DNA of 64,000 nt from an uncultured Verrucomicrobiae bacterium (lineage in GTDB: Bacteria; Verrucomicrobiota; Verrucomicrobiia; Chthoniobacterales; JAFAMB01). Positions within the stretch are counted from its first letter, which is position 1, and every line of letters begins with the position of its first letter. Where the stretch lies: contig CAWBYX010000028.1 in assembly GCA_963793135.1 (NCBI GenBank), positions 119,886 through 183,885 on the forward strand, given 5' to 3'. This document shows positions 39,957-51,021 of this stretch, one piece after another. The notes under the pieces are model-generated. The model had not been told where the DNA came from, ran no database searches, and worked only from the letters and a program-made list of their open reading frames with translations. The position numbers were made by a program, and so were the translations under genes.

Positions 39957-41744
39957 TTTGTGCCGAACAGAATGAAGTAAAGAAGTAAGACTACCCCTGC
40001 TCCGAAGAGAAACGCGTAAGCCTGTAAATTGCCGATCTGAAGGAAACGCAGAGCGTATCCGAGACCCCAGGTGATTCCTCCGAGGCCTCGCACGACACCG
40101 CCGTCAATCACCCAGCGGTCGAAGAAGCCCGAAATATTGGCCAGCAGATCCTGAGTCCATTTGATCAGACTGCGGTAGAATTCGTCGAAGTAGAATTTGT
40201 GTTCGAAGAGAGGGATATCAATGCCGTCCTTGTTTTTGTCTTTGTAGAGGTAGAAACCTGAGGCGGCACCCGCTGCGAAAGCCAGGAGTGAAACCGCGAT
40301 CGCGCCCAGCGGGGACCCTTCATGTTCAGGTACTTGGATGAAAATGGAGGCGATAAATGGAAACCCGGCAATACAGGCCGGAATAGCGAGAAGGATCAAG
40401 GGAACGGTCATCACTCTGGGCGACTCCTCCGCATGCCTGGCGTGATCCGAGCGAGCTTCCCCAAGAAAAGCGACCACGAAAAGTCGAGACATGTAAAAAG
40501 CGGTTAAGAAGGTGACAGCTGCGATTGCCAGAAATGCGGGAATGATTCTGGCTGGCAGAGGCCAGGATGGCGTCTTTACTCCAAAATCCGGCAAAAGGCG
40601 GACAGGCGATCAAAGCCAGCGTGCCAATAAGAAAGGTCCAAAAGGTCACCGGCATTTTGTTTCGCAGACCACCCATCTGCCAAATATTCTGCTCATGATG
40701 CAGGCTGTAGATCACTGATCCCGCGCCGAGGAATAGAAGTGCTTTGAAGAAGGCATGAGTGAAGAGATGGAACATGCCTGCCTGGGGTACCCCGAGACCG
40801 ACCGCGGCGATCATTAGCCCGAGCTGGGAAAGAGTCGAATAGGCCAGAACGCGTTTGATGTCGTCCTGTTGGGTGGCCATGAGCGCCGCCATCAGGGAGG
40901 TGATCAAACCGATCCAGAGAACTACCGTGAGCGCCGCCGGTGCAGGCTGGAAGAGAAAGAAAGAACGGGTCAGCATGAAGACGCCGGCAGCCACCATCGT
41001 TGCGGCGTGGATTAAGGCGGAGACAGGTGTCGGGCCCTCCATGGCGTCCGGCAGCCAGACGTGGAGCGGGAACTGGGCAGATTTCCCGACCGCCCCGCAG
41101 AATATCAGCAGAGCCGTGGCAGTCATAAACCCATGACTTAAGCCGAGGGTAGACCAATGCTGACTCAATTCTTCGAAAGAGACCGTTCCAGACGCCGACC
41201 AAACCAGGAGGATGCCGAGCATGAATCCGAAATCGCCGATCCGATTGGCCAGAAAAGCCTTGTTGGCGGCATCGGGAGGGGCAGCGTGATAGAACCAGTG
41301 ACCGATCAAGAGATACGAACTGACTCCGACCAACTCCCAGAAGATGAACATCATGATGAAGTTGTTGGCCAGCACAATCCCGAGCATCGAAAAGGTGAAG
41401 AGCGACAACCCGCAAAAATAACGCGAACGCCCTGTGTCATCCGCCATGTAGCCGAGCGAGTAAATATGGATCAGAAGTCCGACGCCCGTGACCACCAGGA
41501 GCATCAGTTTGGTTAAGCCATTGATCAGGTAACCGATCTTCACCTGGAACACACCCAAATCGATCCAGTTGAAGCCGGCCGATCCATCCGGCCCAAAAAA
41601 GACCCCCAGGGCGAAAACAAAAGATATGGCAATCGCCGCGACCGAGATATGCGAACTGAGCTTCCTGGACCGCTCAGTGATCAGAGCAATGACCACCGCA
41701 GAGATAAACGGCGTAAAGAGGATGATCCATGGACTCGCGTTCAT
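39953..41744 (-). CDS. nuoL: NADH-quinone oxidoreductase subunit L, split by a frameshift near 40550
   Basis: N part MNASPWIILFTPFISA...FPLHVWLPDAMEGPTPVSALIHAATMVAAGVFMLTRS...FWSKDAILAS joins in another frame to IIPAFLAIAAVTFLTAFYMSRLFVVAFLGEARSDHARHAEESPRVMTVPLILLAI. Confidence 0.93.
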
Positions 41745-41747
41745 TCG

Positions 41748-42065
41748 TTAGAATTTCAAAGTGTTCATGTCCTCGACATGGGTAGTTTGTCGGGCCCGGA
41801 AAAGGGCGACGATGATGGCCAGCCCGACGGTCACTTCGGCGGCAGCGACGGTGATGATAAAAAACGCCAGCACCTGTCCGTTATAGTCCGGGAGGCCGTC
41901 ATGGACATTGTATCTTGAAAATCCAATCAGGGAGAGATTGGCTGCATTGAGCATCAGCTCCAGGGCCATGAAAATGATGATCACGTTCCGGCGGAGCAAT
42001 ACCCCGGCGAAGCCGATGGCAAATAAGAGGCCGCTGGCAATCAGATAGTCATTAAGCGTTACCAT
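41748..42065 (-). CDS. nuoK: NADH-quinone oxidoreductase subunit K
   Basis: [45 protein letters not shown]. Confidence 0.97.
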   Translation of the reverse strand: MVTLNDYLIASGLLFAIGFAGVLLRRNVIIIFMALELMLNAANLSLIGFSRYNVHDGLPDYNGQVLAFFIITVAAAEVTVGLAIIVALFRARQTTHVEDMNTLKF

Positions 42066-42067
42066 GG

Positions 42068-42571
42068 TTATTTGAGCTCCCGTTTGCTAAGGATCACGAC
42101 GCCGATCGACGCGACCAGGATCAAGGTGCCGACCACTTGAAGCGGGATGTTATACTGCTGGAAAAGCACCATCCCGACATGCCAGACGTCCCCTTGCGGC
42201 CCTTGCGCGATCGGCTGGAATTTGGCGTGGCCGTTCTCAAATTTGTAACTAATGTCTAACAGAATCGTGACAAACAGGAATATCACGACGAACCCGCCGC
42301 AAATCGCCGGCAGATTGGTACGGCGGCGGACCTCCGCCTTAAGATCCAGCAGCATGATGATGAACAAAAAAAGCACCATTACCGCTCCCGCATACACCAG
42401 GACCTGGATTACCCCGATAAAATAGGCGTCCAGCGAGACAAAAAGAGCGGCCAGAGCTAGAAAGCAGACGACCAGGCTCAGCGCACTCGCGACGGGATTG
42501 CGGTTCAGCACCACCATCCCGCCGAAAAAGAGCATAATCGCCACGAAGATCCAAAAAAGTAACGGGGACAT
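42068..42571 (-). CDS. nuoJ: NADH-quinone oxidoreductase subunit J
   Basis: [54 protein letters not shown]. Confidence 0.95.
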   Translation of the reverse strand: MSPLLFWIFVAIMLFFGGMVVLNRNPVASALSLVVCFLALAALFVSLDAYFIGVIQVLVYAGAVMVLFLFIIMLLDLKAEVRRRTNLPAICGGFVVIFLFVTILLDISYKFENGHAKFQPIAQGPQGDVWHVGMVLFQQYNIPLQVVGTLILVASIGVVILSKRELK

Positions 42572-42575
42572 TCGG

Positions 42576-43106
42576 CTATTTTTTGTCGTTCCACTTGTTC
42601 ACCAGGCCGGTCATGACACCGCCAAGCTCGTAAAGCTTCTCCTTGTCGTGCACCATCTCCTGCCTGGTTAAACCGGTGATGGCATAATCTTTGCGCAGAA
42701 AAATGGCTTGTTCTGGGCACACCTCCTCGCAAAGTCCGCAGTAAATGCAGCGGATCATGTCGATCTCGAACTCCCGCGGAAATTTCTCCACTTTCCGCCA
42801 TCGGTCTTGTTCCGGGATTTCTCCGGGATGGATGGTGATCGCGCGGGGTGGACAAATGAATTCGCAGAGCTGGCAGGCCACACAGCGCTCTCGCCCGTGT
42901 TCATCCCTCACCAGAGTGGGTGCACCGCGGTAGTAGGACGGCAATTGCTCGTCCCATTTCTCTTCCGGGTATTGCATGGTCACTTTCTTCCTCCCGGAAA
43001 GGATTTTGAAAAAGTGTCGAAAGGTAATCCCAAGACCGGTCAAGATCGCGGGTAGATAGACCTTCTCTGCGAAGTTCAGTTTTGGACGGGCTACGGTGTA
43101 CGCCAT
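42576..43106 (-). CDS. nuoI: NADH-quinone oxidoreductase subunit I
   Basis: CVACQLCEFICPPRAITI and CIYCGLCEEVCPEQAIFL ferredoxin motifs. Confidence 0.96.
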   Translation of the reverse strand: MAYTVARPKLNFAEKVYLPAILTGLGITFRHFFKILSGRKKVTMQYPEEKWDEQLPSYYRGAPTLVRDEHGRERCVACQLCEFICPPRAITIHPGEIPEQDRWRKVEKFPREFEIDMIRCIYCGLCEEVCPEQAIFLRKDYAITGLTRQEMVHDKEKLYELGGVMTGLVNKWNDKK

Positions 43107-43118
43107 GGTTCTAACTCG

Positions 43119-44294
43119 CTATTTTTGCATGAAAGGCAGAATGACTGCGACGATGAAAACATTGACCAGAGCGATCTCGATGAAGAAATACCAGCCAAGT
43201 CTCATCAATTGATCGTATCGAAAGCGCGGCAACGTCCAACGCACCCAAATGAAAAAGAGCAGCAGTAGAGCCACCTTGATAAAGAATGCCGCGATGTGAA
43301 TGAGTCCGAGCAGGAGGCCCCAAATTGAATAGGGGTTGGCTAGCGTGGTCGGCAGGAATGGAACATGCCAGGCTCCAAAGTAGAGAGTCACGATGACCGC
43401 CGAGCCGGTAATCATCGCCGCGTATTCGCCCAGAAAAAAGAGGGCAAACTTCATCGATGAATACTCGGTGTGATATCCGCCGACCAGCTCGGTCTCCGCC
43501 TCCGGCAAGTCAAACGGCAAGCGATTGGTTTCGGCGAACATGGAGATGGTGAAGACAATGAAGGAAATGAAAAGCGGTATCCAGAGGATGATCTTCAGGA
43601 TGTCGATCGATTGGATGATCTCCTGAAAATTGATGCTCAGAGGGAAAAGGCTGATCCCTTTGATCCAGATCGGAGAAATCAGCCAACCGTGGGCGATTTG
43701 GTATTTGACGATTTCCGACAAGTTGAGAGTTCGGCAGATCATGAAGATCGGGATGACCGATAAGGCGAGCGAAAGCTCGTATGAAATCATCTGCGAACTG
43801 GATCGTATTCCGCCGAGGAACGGGTATTTCGAGTTTGAGGACCAGCCGGCTAATACGATGCCGTAGACGCCAAGGGAAGAAACGGCAAAAACCCAAAGCA
43901 CACCGATGTTGACGTTGGCGACGACCATCGGCTCGCCCCAAAGTTGGCTGCCAAAAGGGATCACCGCCAGAGCCATCATGGAGGGAGCCATGGCGCAGGC
44001 GGGCGCCAGCCAGTAATAAAACTTGTTGACGTGAGCCGGTGTAAAATCCTCCTTCAGCATCAGCTTCACCGCATCGGCTATTGGCTGGACGAGACCGTGG
44101 AGTGGTATGTCTTTCCCGAATCCGAATAAGGTCAGAGGAATGCCAACTCGGTTCGGGCCGACCCGGTCCTGGATCATGGCACTTACGCGCCGCTCTGCGT
44201 AAACCGTGTACGAAACCATCGGAAGAATGACCACGAAAATGAGTCCGAGGGTCTTAGCCAGTGAAACGAGGACCAGTATCAGTACCTCGATCAT
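43119..44294 (-). CDS. nuoH: NADH-quinone oxidoreductase subunit H
   Basis: YAERRVSAMIQDRVGPNRVG; ETNRLPFDLPEAETELVGGYHTEYSSMKFALFFLGEYA. Confidence 0.97.
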   Translation of the reverse strand: MIEVLILVLVSLAKTLGLIFVVILPMVSYTVYAERRVSAMIQDRVGPNRVGIPLTLFGFGKDIPLHGLVQPIADAVKLMLKEDFTPAHVNKFYYWLAPACAMAPSMMALAVIPFGSQLWGEPMVVANVNIGVLWVFAVSSLGVYGIVLAGWSSNSKYPFLGGIRSSSQMISYELSLALSVIPIFMICRTLNLSEIVKYQIAHGWLISPIWIKGISLFPLSINFQEIIQSIDILKIILWIPLFISFIVFTISMFAETNRLPFDLPEAETELVGGYHTEYSSMKFALFFLGEYAAMITGSAVIVTLYFGAWHVPFLPTTLANPYSIWGLLLGLIHIAAFFIKVALLLLFFIWVRWTLPRFRYDQLMRLGWYFFIEIALVNVFIVAVILPFMQK

Positions 44295-45956
44295 ACCGTC
44301 TCGACCGCCTCCTCACTCTTTTCGACCAGCGGAACGCCTTGGTCCGTGATCCTGCTGAGCGATAGTGAATTCATATTAGGGATCGAGTCGGTGATTTGTT
44401 TGAAAACATCCTCGATCAGATAGATCCCATTCGATCCCGTCAACTGTTGGATTAAGTCACGAATAATTTCCCAGTCATCGCGTGCGGTTCCGGGCGGCTG
44501 CGTCGCTCGATTTAAACGTTGCAGCCGTCCTTTGACATTGATCATGGAGCCGCGTTTCTCAGAGAAAGCGGAAGAGGGAAGCAGAATCGATGCGCTGCGA
44601 GTCGTTTCGTTCGGCAGGATATCGACCACGATCAAGGCTGCCAATTTTTTCAAGTCTTCTGCAGTAATCCCAAGTTGGGTTAGATCCTCACCTAGTGCGA
44701 TCACAGCCTTGAGAGCGCCCGATTTGATCTTGTCGACAATCTCCTTCAGCCCGTCGCCAGGTTTGTCGCCGGTCACCCCTGTGAGCTGAGCGCCGCGGGT
44801 ATTGGGATTCCGGTCAGCGCTCATCAAGATCTGATCGGCTTCTGCAAATCTGGGAACGATATCGTGCAGAGAGGTGCCGATCGAATCGATCAATTTCTTT
44901 GTCAGCCACAGTTCTTCGTTCGTCATCCTCGCGGAAGCGACGACGGCGACTTCGTCCTTTTGAAATTGCTTTAACGTTTCTCCAGCCTTGACCAAGGCAT
45001 TGTTCCAGCTGGTGTCGACGAGTTCCTGAGCCTCCCGAAGCTGCGGCGTCTTAAGTCGATCGGGGGAATTGACGTAGTGAAAATTCAAGCCGGCCGTAGT
45101 CGCACATCCAGTCGGAATTCACCGCATTGTTCTCTCTGGGCGTTTGCCGGAAAATCTCGTTTTGCCGAGTGCCAATGATGGTGTTGCACCCGGTCGCGCA
45201 ACTGGTGCAGATACTCTTTGTTTCCTTGAGGAACCAGACACGCATTTTGAATCGAAAATCGCTGCTGGTCAGAGCTCCGACTGGACAGATATCGACCGTG
45301 TTTAACGAATAGTTGCTGTCCAGCAATCGGTCAGGATGCGCTGTGAGGTAGGTATGGCTTCCGCGGCTGACGAATCCTAAGACATCGTCATGAGCAACCT
45401 CCTTCATAAAACGTATGCAACGGGAACAAAGGATGCAGCGCTCATCATCCAGGGTAACTCGCGGACCGAGTTCAACCCGTTTCGGTTTTTTGACTTTCTC
45501 TTCGAGAAAACGTGACCCGGAGGTTCCAAACTCGACACTGTATTCCTGGAGATGGCACTCGCCGGCCTGGTCGCAAATCGGGCAATCGAGCGGATGATTG
45601 ATCAGGAGAAATTCCATGACCCCGTGCCGGCAGTCCTCGACCATCGGTGAATCGGTTCGAATTCCCATGCCTTCTGCAATGTCTTGAGCGCAAGAGATCT
45701 GTGGTCGCGGAATCCAATTGATCACCGGTTTGCCATCTGCACCCTTTTCGGGCTTACGGTCCGCACCGAGCTTCGGCATCCCCATTTCGATCAGGCACAT
45801 GCGGCAGTTGCCCGGTGAAGTGAGTTTTGGATGGTAACAGTAATGTGGGATAAACTTTCCCGCTTGAGCGCACGCCTCAATGACGCGGGTGCCCTTCTGG
45901 AACTGGTGCCAGACACCGTCAATCTGCACGTTAAGAAGTTCGGTTGGTGCGCTCAT
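44291..45956 (-). CDS. nuoG: NADH-quinone oxidoreductase subunit G (short form), split by a frameshift near 45086
   Basis: CNCRMCLIEMG-like 2Fe-2S motif, LNHPLDCPICDQAGECHLQEYS, CILCSRCIRFM...; MCDYGRL(E) continues in another frame as NFHYVNSPDRLKTP. Confidence 0.93.
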
Positions 45957-45965
45957 GGTGAATTG

Positions 45966-47339
45966 TCAGTGGTTGGTCGATCCGTTCCCATTTGCTTTGG
46001 TCCCTGCAGTCGCCGCAAACTCGTCCTTGAACTTGGCGACGAAGCTTTGGGTCGGCCACGCGCAGGCTTCGCCAAAGGCACAAATCGTCCGACCGGCGAT
46101 ATTGTCGGCCACGCTTTTCAGCGTGTCGGTGTCTTCTCCAACGCCACCACCATGAAGCATTCGCTCGGTGATTTTTTTCATCCAAAGTGAGCCTTCCCGA
46201 CAAGGGGTGCATTGGCCGCAGCTCTCGTGCGCGTAGAACTCGTTGATATTGTTCAGTGCCCAAAGCATTTCCCGGGTGTCGTCCATCACGATGATGCCTC
46301 CAGATCCTGCCATCGAGCCGACAGCAGCTAAAGTATCGAAATCGAGCGCAACATCCTCGAGGCCGATTTCGCTTTCAACCATCGTGCCGTCCGCCTGTTT
46401 GGTTTTGATCTTATAGCGGTCTTTGGCGCTCAGCACTTTCGCAGAACTACCTCCCGGAATAACGGCTTTCAGCGTGCGGCCAGGCTTGAGGCCGCCGCAA
46501 ATATCGTAGATCAATTCACCCATGGTGATCCCGCCCACCTCGAATTCGTAATAGCCGGGCCGCTGGACATCTCCGCTGACGCAGAGGACGCGAGTCCCGG
46601 TGTTATTTGGTTTTCCGATCTTGGCGTACTCTGCGCCGCCGATCCGCATGATGTATTTTACGTTGCAGAGTGTTTCCACGTTGTTGACAATGGTCGGGCA
46701 CAAATACAATCCGAGCACCGCGGGAAAATAAGGTGGCTTGATGCGTGGATACGGGCGCTTTCCTTCCATCGATTCAATCAGGCCGGTTTCCTCTCCGCAA
46801 ATGTAGGCGCCAGCACCACGAAAAATATAGATCTCCAGATCGAATCCCGATCCCAGAATATTTTTCCCGAGAAACCCGTGCGCCCTGGCCTCAGCAAGTG
46901 CGCGTTCGAGAATCTTGGCGCCTTCAGGGAACTCCCCGCGGATGTAGATATAGGCGAGACGGGCATTGACGGCGAAACAGGAAATAATCATTCCCTCCAC
47001 CAGTTGATGAGGATCCTGATGAATAATGTACCGGTCTTTGAAGGTGCCGGGCTCTGATTCGTCCGCGTTGCAGATCAGATACGTCGGTTTGGGTCCGCCC
47101 GGCTTGATAAAGCCCCATTTTACTCCGCAGGGAAAACCTGCGCCTCCGCGTCCTCGCAGACCGGAGATCTTAACCTCGTTCACGATCTCTCCCGGCTGCA
47201 TCGAGAACGCTTTTTTCAGTTCTTCATAGCCGCCGTCCTGGAGATAGCAGTCGATATCATTCGTCCAGCCTGGCCGATCAATATTCTTGAAGATGATCCG
47301 GTTTTCGCGCGGGTGCGGAGTGCGAATAGTCGAGGCCAT
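45966..47339 (-). CDS. nuoF: NADH-quinone oxidoreductase subunit F
   Basis: KISGLRGRGGAGFPCGVKWGF, GAGAYICGEETGLIESMEGKRPYPRIKPPYF, ESCGQCTPCREG. Confidence 0.98.
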   Translation of the reverse strand: MASTIRTPHPRENRIIFKNIDRPGWTNDIDCYLQDGGYEELKKAFSMQPGEIVNEVKISGLRGRGGAGFPCGVKWGFIKPGGPKPTYLICNADESEPGTFKDRYIIHQDPHQLVEGMIISCFAVNARLAYIYIRGEFPEGAKILERALAEARAHGFLGKNILGSGFDLEIYIFRGAGAYICGEETGLIESMEGKRPYPRIKPPYFPAVLGLYLCPTIVNNVETLCNVKYIMRIGGAEYAKIGKPNNTGTRVLCVSGDVQRPGYYEFEVGGITMGELIYDICGGLKPGRTLKAVIPGGSSAKVLSAKDRYKIKTKQADGTMVESEIGLEDVALDFDTLAAVGSMAGSGGIIVMDDTREMLWALNNINEFYAHESCGQCTPCREGSLWMKKITERMLHGGGVGEDTDTLKSVADNIAGRTICAFGEACAWPTQSFVAKFKDEFAATAGTKANGNGSTNH

Positions 47340-47341
47340 GG

Positions 47342-47842
47342 TTAGAGATATTTTTCGAGTAATTGTGGAACTTCGTCTTGAGCCACCGCTTCGTAAAAAT
47401 CATCGTTGATCATGCAGACCGGCCCGAAGCCACAGCTGGCCAGGCATTCGACGAATTCGATGCTGTATTTCCCGTCCTTGCTTTTGAGCAAATGCGCGCC
47501 ATGGCCATTTCCCTGCCGGTCAATCGCGGCGTGTTTACAGAAGGTGTCCAGAAGTTCATATCCGCCCGCCATGGCACACGAGAGCGTACGGCAGACGCGG
47601 ATGTGATGCTTTCCGGCCGGTTCCCGGCGAAACATTGGATAGAAAGTCACCAACTCCAGAACGTTGATCGGCTCGAGTCCAAGTTTTGCCGCGATCCAGG
47701 TGATCGCTTCGTCTTCCAGATACCCATAGTGTTCCTGGATCAGGTGAAGTAACGGCAACGCGGCGCTGCGTTTGGAAACCGGGTATTGGGTGATCACTTC
47801 ATCAATCCTGGCTTCGAATTCGGCCGGTAGTTCCATCTTCAT
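47342..47842 (-). CDS. nuoE: NADH-quinone oxidoreductase subunit E
   Basis: ALPLLHLIQEHYGYLEDEAITWIAAKLGL, VCRTLSCAMAGGYELL, ECLASCGFGPVCMINDDFY. Confidence 0.96.
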   Translation of the reverse strand: MKMELPAEFEARIDEVITQYPVSKRSAALPLLHLIQEHYGYLEDEAITWIAAKLGLEPINVLELVTFYPMFRREPAGKHHIRVCRTLSCAMAGGYELLDTFCKHAAIDRQGNGHGAHLLKSKDGKYSIEFVECLASCGFGPVCMINDDFYEAVAQDEVPQLLEKYL

Positions 47843-48132
47843 TTCTCCTTCATTTGTTCAGGCTCATTGATTAGACGCCCATTCTGGAAGTGAAGGACAA
47901 CCGTCTCCCCATCGTGATTGTAGAAATATCGGGTGATGGCCATCGTCTTCTTCTGCGTCTCCAATTCCAGATCCACTTTCTCCGTCTTATCCGGATTTCC
48001 GAGGATTGATTCGACCTCCTTCTGGGTCATGTTGATCTTGACTTGCGCCAGATTCCGGTTGCCAAATTCTCTTTGGCAGCCGGTCATGATGAGAATTGCG
48101 ACTGCAACCAGAAGAAGCTCGTGCCATCGCAT
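47839..48132 (-). CDS. Small lipoprotein, BamE/SmpA-like
   Basis: MRWHELLLVAVAILIMTGCQ lipobox; QVKINMTQKEVESILGNPDKTEKVDL...TRYFYNHDGETVVLHFQNGRL. Confidence 0.7.
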   Translation of the reverse strand: MRWHELLLVAVAILIMTGCQREFGNRNLAQVKINMTQKEVESILGNPDKTEKVDLELETQKKTMAITRYFYNHDGETVVLHFQNGRLINEPEQMKEK

Positions 48133-48134
48133 TT

Positions 48135-49389
48135 CTATCGGTCGGACTCGCCCATTACGAAATCCAAGCTGCCGAGGATCGCGACCACGTCACTCATCAT
48201 ATGGCCGGGAAGAATCTTCGGGAGAATGCTCAGATTCACGAACGATGGAGCCCGAATTTTTAACCGATGAGGCACTCCACCTCCCCGGCTGTTGATGTAA
48301 AACCCGAGCTCGCCCTTCGGGTTTTCCGCACCGAAATAAATTTCACCAGGCGGCGCGTGCACTCCTTCGGTGTGAATGATGAAATGATGGATCAATTCTT
48401 CCATCTTCATCAGGACTTTTGGTTTGTCCGGAGGCAGATTTTTTGGATCATGGACGGTGATCGGGCCTGAAGGCAATTTCTCGATCACTTGATGCAAGAG
48501 ATGAACGCTTTGACGCATTTCTTCGAAGCGGACGAGATAGCGGTCGTAGGCGTCCCCAACGGTGCCAACGGGAATATCGAAATCGTACTTCTCATAATCG
48601 AGATAGGGTCGGGCCTTTCGGACGTCGTAGTCAATTCCGCTTCCGCGGATGTTCGGACCAGTCAGGCCATAAGAAATGGCATCTTCCTTGGAGATCACAC
48701 CAAGATCCCTGGTGCGATCGACCCAGATCCGGTTTCGGGTCAAAAGCTTGTCGAGCTCATTCAATTGGGGGATGAATTCGTCCAGAAAGGTATTCAAGGC
48801 CGGAATGAATCCGTCCGGCAGATCGCGGGTCATACCGCCCACTCGGGTGTACGAAGTCGTGAACCGGGCGCCGGTCAGCAGTTCGATCAAATTGTAAAGT
48901 TTTTCACGCTCCGTGAAGGTATAAAGAAAGACAGTGGTCGCACCGACATCCATCGCGAAGGCCCCGAGGCCGAGAAGGTGAGCAGAGATCCGCGCAATTT
49001 CGCAGCAGATCACGCGGATCGCTTTTCCGCGCGGGGGAAGTTCCCAGCCCATCAATTTTTCGACGGCTAGAGTGTAAGCGACGTTATTGGCCAAAGGCGC
49101 CAGATAGTCCAGGCGGTCCGTGTAAGGAACAAACTGGTTGTACTGCATGTTCTCCGCGATCTTTTCATCCCCTCGATGGAGATAGCCGACGTCGGGATCA
49201 GCGCTAGTGATGATTTCTCCATCCAACTGGAGAATAATACGCAGATACCCCGTGGGTCGCCGGATGCGACGGTCCCATGTTAAGGGTGAGCTTTTCACCC
49301 AGCAGTTCGGAGTCGCTGATGGCTTCCAGCGATCTGGCCGCGCGTGCGAGAGTGTCAGGCGTTTCGGTAGCGCGAGTGGTAATTGCCAT
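48135..49389 (-). CDS. nuoD: NADH-quinone oxidoreductase subunit D, split by a frameshift near 49246
   Basis: MAITTRATETP...LTLNMGPSHPATHGV continues in another frame as LRIILQLDGEIITSADPDVGYLHRGDEKIAENMQYNQFVPYTDRLDY; ...DVVAILGSLDFVMGESDR*. Confidence 0.93.
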
Positions 49390-49683
49390 AGCTGAAAGCG
49401 ACCAAGTTGACAAAGATAGGGTTTTCTTATTTAGGGTCGCAAGGCGTAATTTGGGAAATGTTTGTCACGGTCCAACGGGCGAGTTTGCGATTTGAATATC
49501 GCCGACGGCCCCGGCCATCAGATCAGACCCATTCCCCTCCGGGGCCTCCGTGCAATGCTTTGCTCCAGAGAACTTGTCTGATCATTGGGAGTGAGAGAAT
49601 TTGTCGCTTTTTGTTTCCTTCAAGCGGCAAAGTTCTGTAGAAAACGACCGAGAATCAACCTCAAGATCGGGAGAACGAAATTA

Positions 49684-51003
49684 ATGGAAAGCTCCGCACC
49701 AAGTACGGGCAACAATCCGAAAGTCGTCATCATTGGCGGCGGCTTCGGAGGGTTGTATGCCGCCAGAATACTGGCCAACCAGCCGGTTGATGTCACATTA
49801 ATCGATCGCACCAATCATCACTTGTTTCAGCCTTTGCTGTACCAGGTGGCGACCGCCATGCTTTCCCCCGCGGACATCGCGCAACCCATCAGATCCATCT
49901 TGAGGGATGCGAAAAATATTCGCGTCGTGATGGGCCGGGTTGAAACAATCGATACCGCGGCAAAGATAGTTCACACCCACGGAACGCAATATCCATACCA
50001 CTACTTGATTCTGGCGGCTGGCGCGCGCCACTCCTATTTTGGCAATGATCATTGGGAGGCCTTTGCGCCGGGTTTGAAAAATCTCTCTGATGCCTTGGAG
50101 TTGCGCCGCCGCATCTTGAATTCGTTCGAAATAGCCGAAACCACGCAGGATCCGGAGATTCAAGAAGCCGCCATGACTTTTGTCGTCATCGGAGCCGGTC
50201 CAACAGGAGTCGAAATGGCAGGATCCATTTCGGAGCTCGCGAAGCGAACGATTGTGCATGATTTTCGGAAGATTCAGACCAAGAGGGCGCGAATTATTTT
50301 GCTCGATGCGGCGCCAAAGGTCTTGCCGATGTTCGATGATACTCTTTGCGGCTCGGCTCTTAAACAGCTTGAGATGCTGGATATTGAGGTGAGAGTCGGC
50401 ACCAAAGTGCTCGGTGTGACTTCCGAAGGCGTTCAACTCGAGAACGAATTTATCCGTGCCCGTACCGTGGTCTGGGCCGCTGGTAACGCAGCGTCGCCCT
50501 TGGCGAAGCAAGTAGGGGAAACGGATCGTCAAGGCCGGATCATTGTCAACCCAGACCTGAGTGTTCCGGGTCATCCCGAGATTTTTGCCATCGGTGACGT
50601 CGCTAATTTTTCGCACCAGGGCGGTAAACCTCTTCCCGGGATTGCCCCGTTTGCGATGCAGTCGGGAGAAGCGGCGGCTCGGAACATTATGGCCCAAGCC
50701 CTTGGGAGTCCGACGAAAACGTTTAAATACTGGGACAAAGGAAGCATGGCCACGATCGGTCGAAATAAAGCCATTGCTGATCTCAAGGTGGTCAAGTTGA
50801 GCGGATTTCTCGCCTGGCTGAGCTGGCTCCTGATCCACTTGCTTTTCATCGTGGAGCTCCGAAATCGGATCCTCATCTTCTTCCAGTGGGCCTGGGGTTA
50901 TATCACCTACAGCCACGGTGCACGCCTGAGCTATCGAGCATTTCGCCCGGCGGTACCTCCGAAAGAGGGTAGTGTGCGGTCGAATGCCGAAGAACTTTTG
51001 TGA
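49684..51003 (+). CDS. NAD(P)/FAD-dependent oxidoreductase, type II NADH dehydrogenase-like
   Basis: KVVIIGGGFGGLYAARILA, YHYLILAAGARHSYFGNDHWE, FVVIGAGPTGVEMAGSI, IFAIGDVANF. Confidence 0.93.
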   Translation: MESSAPSTGNNPKVVIIGGGFGGLYAARILANQPVDVTLIDRTNHHLFQPLLYQVATAMLSPADIAQPIRSILRDAKNIRVVMGRVETIDTAAKIVHTHGTQYPYHYLILAAGARHSYFGNDHWEAFAPGLKNLSDALELRRRILNSFEIAETTQDPEIQEAAMTFVVIGAGPTGVEMAGSISELAKRTIVHDFRKIQTKRARIILLDAAPKVLPMFDDTLCGSALKQLEMLDIEVRVGTKVLGVTSEGVQLENEFIRARTVVWAAGNAASPLAKQVGETDRQGRIIVNPDLSVPGHPEIFAIGDVANFSHQGGKPLPGIAPFAMQSGEAAARNIMAQALGSPTKTFKYWDKGSMATIGRNKAIADLKVVKLSGFLAWLSWLLIHLLFIVELRNRILIFFQWAWGYITYSHGARLSYRAFRPAVPPKEGSVRSNAEELL

Positions 51004-51021
51004 TCGCCGTGTGACGCGGAA

